In this document: one piece after another, positions 1 through 9,216 of the stretch
Position numbering within the stretch: the first letter of the stretch is position 1
How the letters are laid out: each line of letters starts with the position of its first letter
Assembly: GCF_000172995.2 (NCBI RefSeq)
Contig: NC_014729.1
Span: 120,001-152,000 of the forward strand
DNA: 32,000 nt
Reading direction: 5' to 3'
From: Halogeometricum borinquense DSM 11551
GTDB taxonomy: Archaea; Halobacteriota; Halobacteria; Halobacteriales; Haloferacaceae
Program-made: the position numbers and the translations under genes
The notes under the pieces: model-generated
What the model saw: the letters and a program-made list of their open reading frames with translations, nothing else
Told to the model about the DNA's origin: nothing
Databases searched by the model: none

Positions 1-105
1 GGTCTCGTCGCCCTCGCGGGCGTGGTCGTGACCGCCTTCACGGTTAGCATCCCATTCGGCATCTACTACCTCTACCGGCGGCACGTCGCCGTCGGCACGC
101 CCTGA
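1..105 (+). CDS. 3' end of a CDS entering from upstream (C-terminal transmembrane segment of an unidentified membrane protein)
   Basis: Frame 1 is open from base 1 to TGA at 103-105. It translates to GLVALAGVVVTAFTVSIPFGIYYLYRRHVAVGTP*, a hydrophobic helix followed by basic residues. Too short for a family assignment. Confidence 0.35.
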   Translation, partial: GLVALAGVVVTAFTVSIPFGIYYLYRRHVAVGTP

Positions 106-119
106 GCGCGACGTCGAAT

Positions 120-575
120 TCACTCCAAACTGCCGTTATCTCTCATCTCGCCTGCTGACTCGTCTTCGGGCCACCAGTAGTTGAGAATCGCCACCGCGAG
201 CATGATCGAACCGGCCCAAAAGAGAAGCAAGCGGAAGATGACCGCAAGAGACCCGCTCGTGTTTGGTTCGAGAACACCCGCAAGTCCGGCGGACGCAGCG
301 AAGATGAGCATCGAGACGAGTCCAGTGGCCCAGATCCAGAACGCCGATACCTCAGGATAGCGCGCGTTCGTCACCACGAGGGCGACAAGCACGAAGATTT
401 GTGACACGAGTTGGCCGAACGAGAACGGTTCGGCGACGAATACAGCGTTGACGATGGCTGACAGCGGCGTGAACATCGTGCCGAAGGCGAGCCAGAGACC
501 GACGAGATAGAAGAGGTCCGAGACGCCCGAGGCGAGACTACCGATTGCGCTCGACTCGCCCGATTCGTCGCTCAT
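120..575 (-). CDS. hypothetical integral membrane protein (about 4 TM helices, acidic termini)
   Basis: 151-aa ORF with an ATG start and several long hydrophobic stretches (LFYLVGLWLAFGTMF, IFVLVALVV, LVSMLIFAASAGLAGV, LLLFWAGSIMLAVAIL). The start overlaps the stop of the upstream gene in an ATGA arrangement at 572-575, implying co-translation. Confidence 0.6.
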   Translation of the reverse strand: MSDESGESSAIGSLASGVSDLFYLVGLWLAFGTMFTPLSAIVNAVFVAEPFSFGQLVSQIFVLVALVVTNARYPEVSAFWIWATGLVSMLIFAASAGLAGVLEPNTSGSLAVIFRLLLFWAGSIMLAVAILNYWWPEDESAGEMRDNGSLE

Positions 576-1768
576 TCCGACCCCTCCACGGCGTACAGCG
601 TCTCGTCCAACCCAACGTAAACGGTGCCGTCCACGACGGCCGGCGACCGGGCACGGCCGCGACCACTCGCCGCGTCGAACCGTGCAAGTACCTCACCGTT
701 GGTCGCGTCGAGAACGACGAATCCGGCCGGCGTGGCGGCGTACAGCGTCTCACCGACGACAGCGGGGGTGCACAACGGGTCGAGCGGTGTTTCTCGCCGC
801 CAGACGCGGTCGCCCGTCTCGGTGTCGAGTGCGACAGCGAACGTCGTCTCCGCCTCTTCGTCTTCTGCGACCGCGTAGACACGTTCTCCGTCGGTGACCG
901 GGTGAATACTGGCTTGGTACGTTCCGATGTCTCCCTTCCAGCTAACGTCGCCGTCGGCGAGGGAGACAGCGTACAGCGGCCCGCTCCCGTAGAATACCGC
1001 GTCCGTGCCGATGCACGGCGTGAGGTGGCTCGGGTGAGCGACGCCGAGCGTCACCGACCACTGGAGCCGTCCGGTCTGTGCGTTTACGGCGACCAGTTTG
1101 TCCGGGCTGTCGCCGCGACCGACGAGAAGTCCATTGCGGAACGCAAACGGTTCGACTTTGGTCGAAAGCGGGGACCGCTCACGTTCGAGTCCGGTCTCGA
1201 TATCGACGACTCGGGTGCCGTCGGTTCCCTGCCAGTATACGGTGTTTCCGACGCGGCAAAACAGACTGTCGCCCGGAGAGGAATCGTGTGACCAGCCGAT
1301 TTGCCCGTCGTTCGAGCCGAATCCGAACGTATCCACGCGTCCGGGAATGAGGACGCCACCACTGAACGCGACGGGCGATGCAGAAAAGGAGACGCGTCGT
1401 CGCCACGGCCGCTGTGTTTTGCCCGGGAATCGCCATCGAACGTCACCGGTGTCGCGTTCGACGGCGAGAAGCGAGTTGTCGGCGGCGACGTAGACAGCAC
1501 CGTCTGCAACGGTCAGTGATCGGTGGCCGTAAGCAACGTCGGGGACCGACGTTTCCCACGCGAGCGAAAAGTCGCCGCGGGGGGCGATTCCATCCGGGTC
1601 GAATCCGGTTCGCGCGGGATTGCGGCCGGGCATCGGCCACGCGTCTAAATCCAAAGCGGCGTCAGACTCGGGGGTCGCGGCCACCGACGGATCAAAAGCG
1701 GCGCCAGCAGCGAAGAAAAGGCCGCTCGCTGCGAGCAGTCGGCGGCGGGTGAGGCGGGGAGGGCGCAC
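572..1768 (-). CDS. Tat-secreted PQQ-like/BamB-like beta-propeller repeat protein
   Basis: 398-aa ORF with a GTG start. The N-terminus carries a twin-arginine motif (RLTRRRLLAASGLFFAAGAAF). Recurrent propeller-blade motifs are present: AVERDTGDVRWRF, VNAQTGRLQWSV, ALDTETGDRVWRR, VLDATNGEVLARF, plus YVG..D..LYAV. Confidence 0.8.
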   Translation of the reverse strand: MRPPRLTRRRLLAASGLFFAAGAAFDPSVAATPESDAALDLDAWPMPGRNPARTGFDPDGIAPRGDFSLAWETSVPDVAYGHRSLTVADGAVYVAADNSLLAVERDTGDVRWRFPGKTQRPWRRRVSFSASPVAFSGGVLIPGRVDTFGFGSNDGQIGWSHDSSPGDSLFCRVGNTVYWQGTDGTRVVDIETGLERERSPLSTKVEPFAFRNGLLVGRGDSPDKLVAVNAQTGRLQWSVTLGVAHPSHLTPCIGTDAVFYGSGPLYAVSLADGDVSWKGDIGTYQASIHPVTDGERVYAVAEDEEAETTFAVALDTETGDRVWRRETPLDPLCTPAVVGETLYAATPAGFVVLDATNGEVLARFDAASGRGRARSPAVVDGTVYVGLDETLYAVEGSE

Positions 1769-1783
1769 ACAGAACTAGATGCC

Positions 1784-1797
1784 TGATTTACATTTAG
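1784..1797 (-). promoter_or_regulatory. TATA-like element upstream of the beta-propeller gene
   Basis: The minus strand reads CTAAATGTAAATCA, about 20-28 nt upstream of the GTG start at 1768. It is the only AT-rich patch in the 1769-1917 intergenic region. Confidence 0.35.
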
Positions 1798-1917
1798 TCA
1801 CTCCGGTGTGACCGGAATCAACGGCGGAGCAACGGTCTCATCGCCACGGCACACTGCCACGTCCGCGAACGCGAACTGGTGGGCTTTTCACGCACCAGTG
1901 CCCACGTTTCTACAGAG

Positions 1918-3045
1918 ATGAAACGCGGGACGCTCCGACTGGCGACGCGAGGGTCAGACCTCGCACTCCGACAGACGGCGAGTGTGCGCGACACCCTCGC
2001 TGACCGTCGGTTCGACGTCGAACTCGTGGAGGTGGAGACGCGCGGCGACCAGATACGCGACGAACTCCTCCACAGACTGGGAAAGACCGGCGCGTTCGTC
2101 CGCGCACTTGACGAACGTGTACTCGACGAAGAGGTGGACGCCGCCGTCCACTCGATGAAGGATATGCCGACAGAACACCCCAGAGACCTCGTTGTTGCGG
2201 GCGTCCCCGAACGCGCCCCGGCGAACGATGTCCTGCTCACGCCTGACGGGACGGCGTTTGAGAACCTGCCCGCGGGGTCCGTCGTCGGCACGTCGTCACT
2301 TCGACGGAAGGCACAGATACTCTCTGCGCGTCCCGACCTGGAGGTCGAACCCCTCCGAGGGAACGTCGATACGCGCGTGGAGAAGTTGCTCGCACCGACG
2401 CTGCAGCGCGAACACGAAGCCCGCGTCGATGACGACAGCGACAAGAAAGCGAACTCGGCCGAGGCGTCTGCCTCCGGCGAGGAGTACGAGACGGATTTCG
2501 ACCGCACCATCGAGGAGTGGTTCGATGACCTAAGCGAGATAGAGCGTCGCTCGCTCGAACGCGACGTGGAAACGGAGTACGACGCCATCGTCCTCGCGGA
2601 AGCGGGCCTCAAACGGTCCGGTCTCCTCCACCGCGTCGAGTACGACCGCCTCCCGCCGACGGAGTTCGTCCCCGCGCCCGGACAGGGAGCCATCGCTGTC
2701 ACCGCCCGACGCGACCACGAGAACTTAGACCGAATACAGGATGCACTCGACGACCCGCGGACGCGAGTGACGACCACCGTCGAACGAACTGTCCTCGCGG
2801 AACTCGGCGGCGGGTGCATCGCCCCCATCGGCGTCCACGCGAAGTTGCAGGGTGAACACGTCCACGTCACGGCACGTGTGCTCTCCACCGACGGTGAAGA
2901 GGAGGTCTCGGCCAGTCGGAATCTCCCCGTCCACAACCACGCGAACGCGGCCGCCGAGTTCGCAGAATCGCTCGCCTCACAGGGTGCCGCAGACCTCATC
3001 AGTGAGGCACGCGATGACGCCCGAGACGAGGAAGACGAGAAGTGA
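1918..3045 (+). CDS. hemC: hydroxymethylbilane synthase (porphobilinogen deaminase)
   Basis: MKRGTLRLATRGSDLALRQ..., HSMKDMP, GTSSLRR.AQ, LRGNVDTR and YDAIVLAEAGLKR are present. The cofactor-binding Cys lies in ELGGGCIAPIG. I prefer the ATG at 1918 over the in-frame GTG at 1879 because homologues start at M-x-x-x-LRLATRGS. Confidence 0.93.
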   Translation: MKRGTLRLATRGSDLALRQTASVRDTLADRRFDVELVEVETRGDQIRDELLHRLGKTGAFVRALDERVLDEEVDAAVHSMKDMPTEHPRDLVVAGVPERAPANDVLLTPDGTAFENLPAGSVVGTSSLRRKAQILSARPDLEVEPLRGNVDTRVEKLLAPTLQREHEARVDDDSDKKANSAEASASGEEYETDFDRTIEEWFDDLSEIERRSLERDVETEYDAIVLAEAGLKRSGLLHRVEYDRLPPTEFVPAPGQGAIAVTARRDHENLDRIQDALDDPRTRVTTTVERTVLAELGGGCIAPIGVHAKLQGEHVHVTARVLSTDGEEEVSASRNLPVHNHANAAAEFAESLASQGAADLISEARDDARDEEDEK

Positions 3046-3047
3046 CG

Positions 3048-3845
3048 ATGAGTGTCGGAACCGTCTATCTCGTCGGAAGCGGACCGGGCGACCCCGACCT
3101 CATGACCGTCAAGGCCGCACGACTGCTCGAAACCGCAGATGTGGTACTCCACGACAAACTCCCCGGTCCGGAGATTCTCGAACGCATCCCCGAGGAGAAA
3201 CGCGAAGACGTAGGGAAACGCGCAGGCGGCGAGTGGACGCCGCAGGAGTACACAAACCGGAGACTGGTCGAACTCGCTCGCGAGGGAAAGACCGTCGTCC
3301 GCCTGAAAGGGGGCGACCCGTTCGTGTTCGGCCGCGGCGGCGAGGAGATGGAACACCTTGCAGCAGCGGACATTCCGTTCGAGGTCGTACCCGGGATCAC
3401 CTCGGCTATCGCCGGGCCGGGCACGGCAGGCATCCCTGTCACCCACCGCGACCACGCTTCGTCCGTCTCGTTCGTCACGGGTCACGAGGACCCGACGAAA
3501 GAAGAGTCCGCCGTAGACTGGGACGCGCTCGCCGCCACCGGCGGCACCCTCGTCGTCCTCATGGGTGTCGGGAAACTCCCCGACTACACCGCGGCGCTCC
3601 GTGAAGCAGGGATGGACCCCGAAACACCCGTCGCACTCGTCGAACGCGCGACGTGGCCCGAGATGCGGGTCGCCACCGGCACTCTCGATACCATCGTCTC
3701 GGTCCGTGATGAGACGGAGATAGAACCGCCGGCCATCACGGTCATTGGTGAGGTGGCAGGAACGCGCGAGAACGTCGTCGAGTTCCTGCGAAACCGAACG
3801 GGAGCGTTCGAGGACGAGAGCGCAACGCAGGAGGCCGACGAATGA
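3048..3845 (+). CDS. cobA: uroporphyrinogen-III C-methyltransferase (SUMT)
   Basis: VYLVGSGPGDPDLMTVKAARLLETADVVLHD, VVRLKGGDPFVFGRGGEE and VPGITSA are classic SUMT motifs. An alternative GTG start at 3042 overlaps the hemC stop. Confidence 0.92.
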   Translation: MSVGTVYLVGSGPGDPDLMTVKAARLLETADVVLHDKLPGPEILERIPEEKREDVGKRAGGEWTPQEYTNRRLVELAREGKTVVRLKGGDPFVFGRGGEEMEHLAAADIPFEVVPGITSAIAGPGTAGIPVTHRDHASSVSFVTGHEDPTKEESAVDWDALAATGGTLVVLMGVGKLPDYTAALREAGMDPETPVALVERATWPEMRVATGTLDTIVSVRDETEIEPPAITVIGEVAGTRENVVEFLRNRTGAFEDESATQEADE

Positions 3846-4585
3846 GCCAGCAGGTCCGCGTAGCCGTCTTCCGGCCGGACGACGACCGGATGAGCGACGC
3901 CGTAGAACTCCTCGACTCGCTCGGCGCAACGCCCATCCCGGATCCGATGCTGGCTGTCGAACCGACAGGTGCGATGCCCGACTCGGGAGACTACGTCATC
4001 CTGACGAGTAAGACCGGCGTCGAGCTTCTCGCGGAGGACGGCTGGGAACCCAACGGGTCTACGCTGGCCTGTATCGGACCCGCGACGGCCGACGCCGCCC
4101 GTGATTCCGGATGGAGCGTCGATATCGTCCCCGAAGAGTACACCTCATCGGGACTGGTCGAGCGTCTCCGTGACGACGTGGCGAACGCGACGGTCGAAGT
4201 CGCCCGGAGCGACCACGGAAGCGACGTACTCACCGACGGCCTTCGTGAAGCCGGTGCCGACCTTCACGAGACGGTTCTGTACCGACTTGTCCGCCCCGAA
4301 GGCGCGGGTCAGTCAACGGTGATGGTCGCAGGCGACGAAGTCGAAGGCGTCTGCTTCAGTTCCTCGCTGACGGTGGAGAACTTCCTCGATGCCGCCGCCG
4401 AACGCGGCGTCCGCGAGGAGGTCATCGAAGGGCTGAACAGCCTCGTCGTCGGCGTTATCGGCCCGCCGACGCGTGAGACAGCCGAATCGTACGGCATCAA
4501 CGTAGATGTGGTTCCGGAGAACGCCGACTTCGAGGAACTCGCGTGCGCCGTCGTTGAGACGGCTGCGCCGACGTACCACAAGTAG
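3842..4585 (+). CDS. hemD: uroporphyrinogen-III synthase
   Basis: 247-aa ORF whose ATG overlaps the cobA stop (ATGA). It shows the two-lobed HemD pattern (ILTSKTGVELL ... ACIGPATA ... VCFSSSLTVENF ... VGVIGPPT), and the position in a hemC-cobA-hemD cluster fits. Confidence 0.85.
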   Translation: MSQQVRVAVFRPDDDRMSDAVELLDSLGATPIPDPMLAVEPTGAMPDSGDYVILTSKTGVELLAEDGWEPNGSTLACIGPATADAARDSGWSVDIVPEEYTSSGLVERLRDDVANATVEVARSDHGSDVLTDGLREAGADLHETVLYRLVRPEGAGQSTVMVAGDEVEGVCFSSSLTVENFLDAAAERGVREEVIEGLNSLVVGVIGPPTRETAESYGINVDVVPENADFEELACAVVETAAPTYHK

Positions 4586-4640
4586 CGTCGCACGTCTCGC
4601 TGACGACGCTCACGTTCCGACTAGTTACCCAGAACGTAGG

Positions 4641-4646
4641 TTTAAA
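4641..4646 (+). promoter_or_regulatory. TATA box of the RecJ-like gene (leaderless arrangement)
   Basis: TTTAAA is centred about 28 nt upstream of the ATG at 4672. Confidence 0.55.
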
Positions 4647-4671
4647 CCCGAGACCGCGAGAACTCTCTCGT

Positions 4672-6108
4672 ATGAGCGCGGACGGTGTCACAGAGTCGAG
4701 CGGCCCGGTACCGGAGATGAGCGACCACGCCGCCGACTGTGCCGCACGGTTGCGCGACGCCGACCGAGTCCTCCTCGCTTCGCACATCGACGCCGACGGT
4801 CTGACGAGTGCCGCCATCGCCTCCTCGGCGCTCGAACGGGCCGGGATTCCGTTCGAGACGGTGTTCTCGAAGCAACTTGACAAAGAAGAAGTCGCCAGCA
4901 TCGCCGCCACGGAGTACGAGACAGTGCTTTTCACCGACTTCGGAAGCGGGCAGTTGGACATCATCGCCGACCACGAAGCAGCGGGCGATTTCACACCCGT
5001 CATCGCAGACCACCACCAACCCGCCGACGCCGACACCGAGTTCCATCTCAACCCGCTCCGATTCGGTATCGACGGTGCCTCGGAACTCTCCGGTGCAGGC
5101 GCGAGTTACGTTCTCGCGCGGGCGTTAGAAGACGAAGACGGAGCGAACCGCGATCTCGCCGCCCTCGCCGTCGTCGGTGCGGTCGGTGACATGCAGAACT
5201 CGCAGGGCGGCCTCCACGGCGCGAACGCCGGTATCGTCGCCGACGGTGTCGAAGCGGGCGTCTTGGAAGAGACGACGGACCTCGTTATCTACGGCCGACA
5301 GACCCGTCCACTTCCCAAATTCTTAGAGTACGCAAGCGACGTTCGCATCCCCGGTATCTCGAACGACCAGAACGGGGCCATCGAGTTCCTCTCGGATCTC
5401 GACCTCGATCTGAAAGCGGATGGCGAGTGGCGGCGGTGGGTCGATCTCTCGATGACCGAGCGGAAGACCGTCGTCAGCGCACTGATGCGCCGGGCCATCG
5501 CGTCGGGCGTGCCAGCAGATCGCATCGACGACCTCGTTGGGACGACGTACTCGCTACTGGCCGAGAAAGAAGGGACTGAACTCCGCGACGTGAGTGAGTT
5601 CTCGACGCTCCTCAACGCCACAGCGCGGTACGAACGCGCCGACGTGGGACTGGCCGTCTGCCTCGGTGACAGAGACGACGCGCTCGAACAAGCGCGAACG
5701 CTTCTGCGAAACCACCGACGAAACCTCTCAGAGGGATTGCAGTGGGTGAAAAACGAGGGTGTCACCGTCGAGGAGAACGTCCAGTGGTTCGACGCCGGAA
5801 CCCGAATCCGCGAGACCATCGTCGGCATCATCGCCGGGATGGCCGTCGGTGCGTCGGGTATTCGCGGCGACATCCCGATTCTCGCGTTCGCCGAGAAATC
5901 CGCCGAGGAAGTGAAAGTCTCCGCACGCGGGTCGCACGTCCTCGTCCGAAAAGGGCTGGATCTTTCAGTGGTGATGCGCGAGGCGTCGCGTGCTGTGGGT
6001 GGCGACGGCGGCGGTCACAGCGTGGCCGCAGGTGCGACCATTCCTGCGGGAACCCGCGAGGAATTCGTCGCAGAGGCCGACCGAATCGTCGGCGAGCAGT
6101 TGGGCTAG
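4672..6108 (+). CDS. archaeal RecJ/GAN-like DHH-family phosphoesterase (single-stranded DNA exonuclease homologue)
   Basis: DHH motifs are present: LLASHIDADGLTSAAI (DxD), TDFGSG, IADHHQP (DHH). The DHHA1 motif GGDGGGHSVAAGA lies near the C-terminus. At 478 aa the size fits archaeal RecJ/Cdc45-like proteins. Confidence 0.85.
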   Translation: MSADGVTESSGPVPEMSDHAADCAARLRDADRVLLASHIDADGLTSAAIASSALERAGIPFETVFSKQLDKEEVASIAATEYETVLFTDFGSGQLDIIADHEAAGDFTPVIADHHQPADADTEFHLNPLRFGIDGASELSGAGASYVLARALEDEDGANRDLAALAVVGAVGDMQNSQGGLHGANAGIVADGVEAGVLEETTDLVIYGRQTRPLPKFLEYASDVRIPGISNDQNGAIEFLSDLDLDLKADGEWRRWVDLSMTERKTVVSALMRRAIASGVPADRIDDLVGTTYSLLAEKEGTELRDVSEFSTLLNATARYERADVGLAVCLGDRDDALEQARTLLRNHRRNLSEGLQWVKNEGVTVEENVQWFDAGTRIRETIVGIIAGMAVGASGIRGDIPILAFAEKSAEEVKVSARGSHVLVRKGLDLSVVMREASRAVGGDGGGHSVAAGATIPAGTREEFVAEADRIVGEQLG

Positions 6109-6124
6109 GTTAGAGAACAAGTGG

Positions 6125-7834
6125 TCAACCGAGTTCTAACGTGCGGCGCAGTAACGCTGTCCCCACCAGCACGGCACTCAGCCCGACGAACGCGAGCGGG
6201 ATGCCCATCTCGACGCTGGCGTCGGTTGCACCGATGAAATCGACCGGCTGAGCGCCGTTGAGCGGCCCGACATACCAGAGCGTCAGATACGAGAGTTCGA
6301 AAAGCGTCGTCGAACGACTCCAACTCCCCGCTGCGGTCGCTAGAGACGGGGCGAGCAGCACGCCGCTCACAAAGCCGAGCAAGGCACCCGTGTGACCAGT
6401 TGCGATGTACACTGCGAAAACGCCGCTTCCCACGCCGATTGCGACGATAATCCCGCTGAGCCACTCTGCGATGAGTTGTTTCAGCGGGTACCGCGAGGAG
6501 AGAACGAGCGGCAACACTCGATGCTGAACCGGCCGAACGCCGATGTCGGACCAGACGATCAGCGGCCAGATAGCGGCTATCGGAAAGACGAACGTGCGAA
6601 CAGGTTCGACCGAGATGTTCGCGGCTCCCGTGGTGACGAGAGTGACGACCGGCACGCCGACGAGGAGGATCGCTCCGCCGTACCACCACCACGGTCGGCC
6701 ACGAAGTGCAAGCCGAAGCTCCGCGACGAGCAGGCGATGAAATCCGCCAGCATCACGGGTCGCAACGGGCGTCAACGAGAGTGACTCGATAGCCGGTCGT
6801 TCGGATTGTTCCCCGTCACAGTTGGTCTGCTTCCCACCGAGTCGGGACAAGAGAGCGGACAAGAGAGACGACAGCCCGTTTCGTACCGATGGTACAGACG
6901 CCCACAAGAGCCATCCAGAATCCTCAGCCGGGTCGGTTTCATGCAACCGGTCGAACGGAACGGTCGAAACGAGAACGATACAGAGTCCGCAGAGAACCAC
7001 TCCGAGTCGCTGCGGATACACCCACAGCGGCCACGCGCCGCCGTTCCAATAGAACGCCCGCGTCGCTTCCAACGTCCCAACCGATGGCAACCCGCCTGCA
7101 TACACCGGCTGCTGAGCGAGCAGTGAACTCGCTGTCAGCGTGTAAATGGCGATGTAGCCCATCAGATCGAGACTTTTGACCCAGAGAGGCAACTGACCGG
7201 GCAGCATGTCCCCGACAGGGGTGAGAGTTGACCCGAGCACGACAGGCATGAAAAGAAAGTAACAGATATTCCCGAACATCCCGTTCAGGGGATCGACGGT
7301 TTCGGAGAAGAGTGCTAGCCCGGAAACGAGCGCAGCGACCGGGAACGCAAAGGCGAGAAGCGGGATTAACAGCGCTGTTAGCGTCGTTGGTCCGACTCCG
7401 TGGACAGCGTGATTGGCAATCGACGAGACACCGAGCGTCAGGATAAGCACGCCTCCGAAAGCGAGATTGCTAAGCCACTTTCCGAAGAGATACGTCCGAT
7501 CCGAAATCGGAGTGCGTGCGACCAGTTGTGCGACGCCGTGGTTCCGGTCGCGTTGCAGCGCGTTTTTCATCAGATAGAAGCCGCCGAAAAGTAGCACGAT
7601 GGCACCGGTTATTCCCGCTTTCAATCCGATATAGGCCGCCGTAGGTTCTCCGTGAAACGCCTGTAACGTCCCATCCGAACGGACCTGATAAGCGAGTTTG
7701 ACGCCGCCAGTGTTGACCAGATAACCAATGGAGGCGATCACAGCGAGTACGACGGCCAGTTGGCGTGATCGAGCGCGCTGTAGGAAATCCGCTCGCGCCA
7801 CGTGGTACGCCTGCCGCAGTCTCGTTCGTCCCAC
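6125..7834 (-). CDS. ABC-2-type transporter permease, apparent tandem fusion of two permease modules
   Basis: 569-aa polytopic membrane ORF with a GTG start 1 nt after the ATPase stop. The N-terminus (AYHVARADFLQRARSRQLAVVLAVI) is typical of ABC-2 permeases. A soluble linker (about aa 295-345) is followed by a second similar entry motif (FHRLLVAELRLALRGRPWWWYGGAILLV). Confidence 0.7.
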   Translation of the reverse strand: MGRTRLRQAYHVARADFLQRARSRQLAVVLAVIASIGYLVNTGGVKLAYQVRSDGTLQAFHGEPTAAYIGLKAGITGAIVLLFGGFYLMKNALQRDRNHGVAQLVARTPISDRTYLFGKWLSNLAFGGVLILTLGVSSIANHAVHGVGPTTLTALLIPLLAFAFPVAALVSGLALFSETVDPLNGMFGNICYFLFMPVVLGSTLTPVGDMLPGQLPLWVKSLDLMGYIAIYTLTASSLLAQQPVYAGGLPSVGTLEATRAFYWNGGAWPLWVYPQRLGVVLCGLCIVLVSTVPFDRLHETDPAEDSGWLLWASVPSVRNGLSSLLSALLSRLGGKQTNCDGEQSERPAIESLSLTPVATRDAGGFHRLLVAELRLALRGRPWWWYGGAILLVGVPVVTLVTTGAANISVEPVRTFVFPIAAIWPLIVWSDIGVRPVQHRVLPLVLSSRYPLKQLIAEWLSGIIVAIGVGSGVFAVYIATGHTGALLGFVSGVLLAPSLATAAGSWSRSTTLFELSYLTLWYVGPLNGAQPVDFIGATDASVEMGIPLAFVGLSAVLVGTALLRRTLELG

Positions 7835-7835
7835 G

Positions 7836-8708
7836 TCAATCCCCGTCAGACCGGTCGATCATGTTGATGTACGCATCTTCGAGCGTCGCCGAAACAGGCT
7901 CAGCAGTCTCGGGTGGCTCTGTCTCGGCGATCAGGCGAACGTCAACACCGTCTGGCCGCTGTACCGAACGGCAGACCTGATACCGCTCTCGGAAGGCCGC
8001 TACCTCCGCGCGTGGAATCTGACACGTGAAGACGTTCCCTGCAACGCGGTCGATGAGAGATTCGACACTCTCGTGAGCGAGAATACGGCCGTTATCGAGC
8101 AGTGCGATTTTGTTTGCCGTCGCTTCGACATCGGGGACGATGTGCGTCGAGAGGATGATCACTCGGTCGTCACCGGTGTTCGACAGAGCGTTCCGGAGTC
8201 GGACGCGTTCTTCCGGGTCCAAACCGACCGTCGGTTCGTCAACGACGAGCAACTCGGGATCGTTGAGCAGCGCTTGTGCAATGCCGACTCGCTGATGCAT
8301 CCCGCCGGAAAACGTCTTGAGCTTGCGATCTCTGGCGTCAGCTAAATTGACGAGTTCGATGAGTTCTGTGATCCGCGCGCTCGCCGTCTCGCTGTCGAGT
8401 CCGCAAAGCGCCGCGAGGTATTCGAGGAATTCGGAGAGCGTCAAATCCGGATAGGTCCCGAAGTCTTGCGGGAGGTATCCGAGAACGGGTCGAACCGCAT
8501 CGGGAGCGTCAACGATATCGCTCCCGTTCCAATATGCGGTGCCTGCCGTCGGCTTCATCACCGTCGTGAGAATGCCCATCAACGTTGATTTTCCCGCTCC
8601 ATTCGGTCCGAGAAGCCCGTGAATACCCTCATCAAGTTCGAGAGAGACATCGCGGATCCCCCACGTATCCGATCCGTACTGCTTGCTGAGTCCGTCCGTT
8701 CGCAACAT
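7836..8708 (-). CDS. ABC transporter ATP-binding protein
   Basis: Walker A GPNGAGKST, Q-loop LGYLPQ, signature FSGGMHQRV, Walker B LLVVDEPTVGLD and H-loop LSTHIV are all present. I prefer the ATG at 8708 (MLRTDGLSKQY); an in-frame GTG sits at 8711. Confidence 0.92.
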   Translation of the reverse strand: MLRTDGLSKQYGSDTWGIRDVSLELDEGIHGLLGPNGAGKSTLMGILTTVMKPTAGTAYWNGSDIVDAPDAVRPVLGYLPQDFGTYPDLTLSEFLEYLAALCGLDSETASARITELIELVNLADARDRKLKTFSGGMHQRVGIAQALLNDPELLVVDEPTVGLDPEERVRLRNALSNTGDDRVIILSTHIVPDVEATANKIALLDNGRILAHESVESLIDRVAGNVFTCQIPRAEVAAFRERYQVCRSVQRPDGVDVRLIAETEPPETAEPVSATLEDAYINMIDRSDGD

Positions 8709-8842
8709 CACGAGAGCTCACCGTCGTTGATCCGCATGAATCGGGCGGAGGGCTTCGAGAGACCAGACATCATCTCTGCTGTCCCACTGGCAGAAAATGA
8801 AGCCAGAGTCACGACTGCAAGGTCTGCGGCTGTAGTTCAGTG

Positions 8843-8850
8843 TTTAAATA
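8843..8850 (+). promoter_or_regulatory. TATA box of the wHTH regulator gene (leaderless arrangement)
   Basis: TTTAAATA is centred about 28 nt upstream of the GTG at 8875. Confidence 0.55.
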
Positions 8851-8874
8851 CCCGAGCCAGAAATCGGCATAGTA

Positions 8875-9216
8875 GTGTGCGTGGACCCGGAGATAAGTGC
8901 GATTGCCGGCGTCATCGACGACCAATGCTCTCGATGTATCCTCGTTCAGGCTCACGAACAGTATATGTCCGTCAGTGAACTCGCCGACCGGTGTAACGTG
9001 TCCGAATCAACGATTTATCGACGACTCGACCCGCTCCGTGAACACGGGTTGATCAGCGAGCGAAAGCGGCCGGAAGCGGACGGACACCACTTCACGGAGT
9101 TCCGAACGAATCTCGACCGCCTGAGCATTCAGATCACCGCTGATGGATTCGATATCGAGATACAACGCCGCAAGCCGATGGCAGAGCGCCTCACAGACCT
9201 TGTCGAGAAACTATGA
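8875..9216 (+). CDS. winged helix-turn-helix (ArsR/TrmB-like) transcriptional regulator
   Basis: The sequence CSRCILVQAHEQYMSVSELADRCNVSESTIYRRLDPLREHGLISE is a wHTH recognition unit. It is followed by the ..DGHHFTEFRTNLDRLSIQI... pattern seen in small haloarchaeal wHTH proteins. The GTG start sits at leaderless distance from the TATA box. Confidence 0.8.
   Translation: MCVDPEISAIAGVIDDQCSRCILVQAHEQYMSVSELADRCNVSESTIYRRLDPLREHGLISERKRPEADGHHFTEFRTNLDRLSIQITADGFDIEIQRRKPMAERLTDLVEKL

Noticed and set aside
1818-3929. 703-aa ORF on the minus strand spanning hemC and cobA
   Set aside because: It is antisense to two genes with unmistakable family motifs. Its translation is Arg/Ser/Ala-rich low-complexity sequence, typical of shadow ORFs in GC-rich DNA. 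The same applies to 21097-22635 (-), 29839-30981 (-), 15008-15841 (+), 22987-23694 (-), 13673-14314 (-) and 545-1291 (+).
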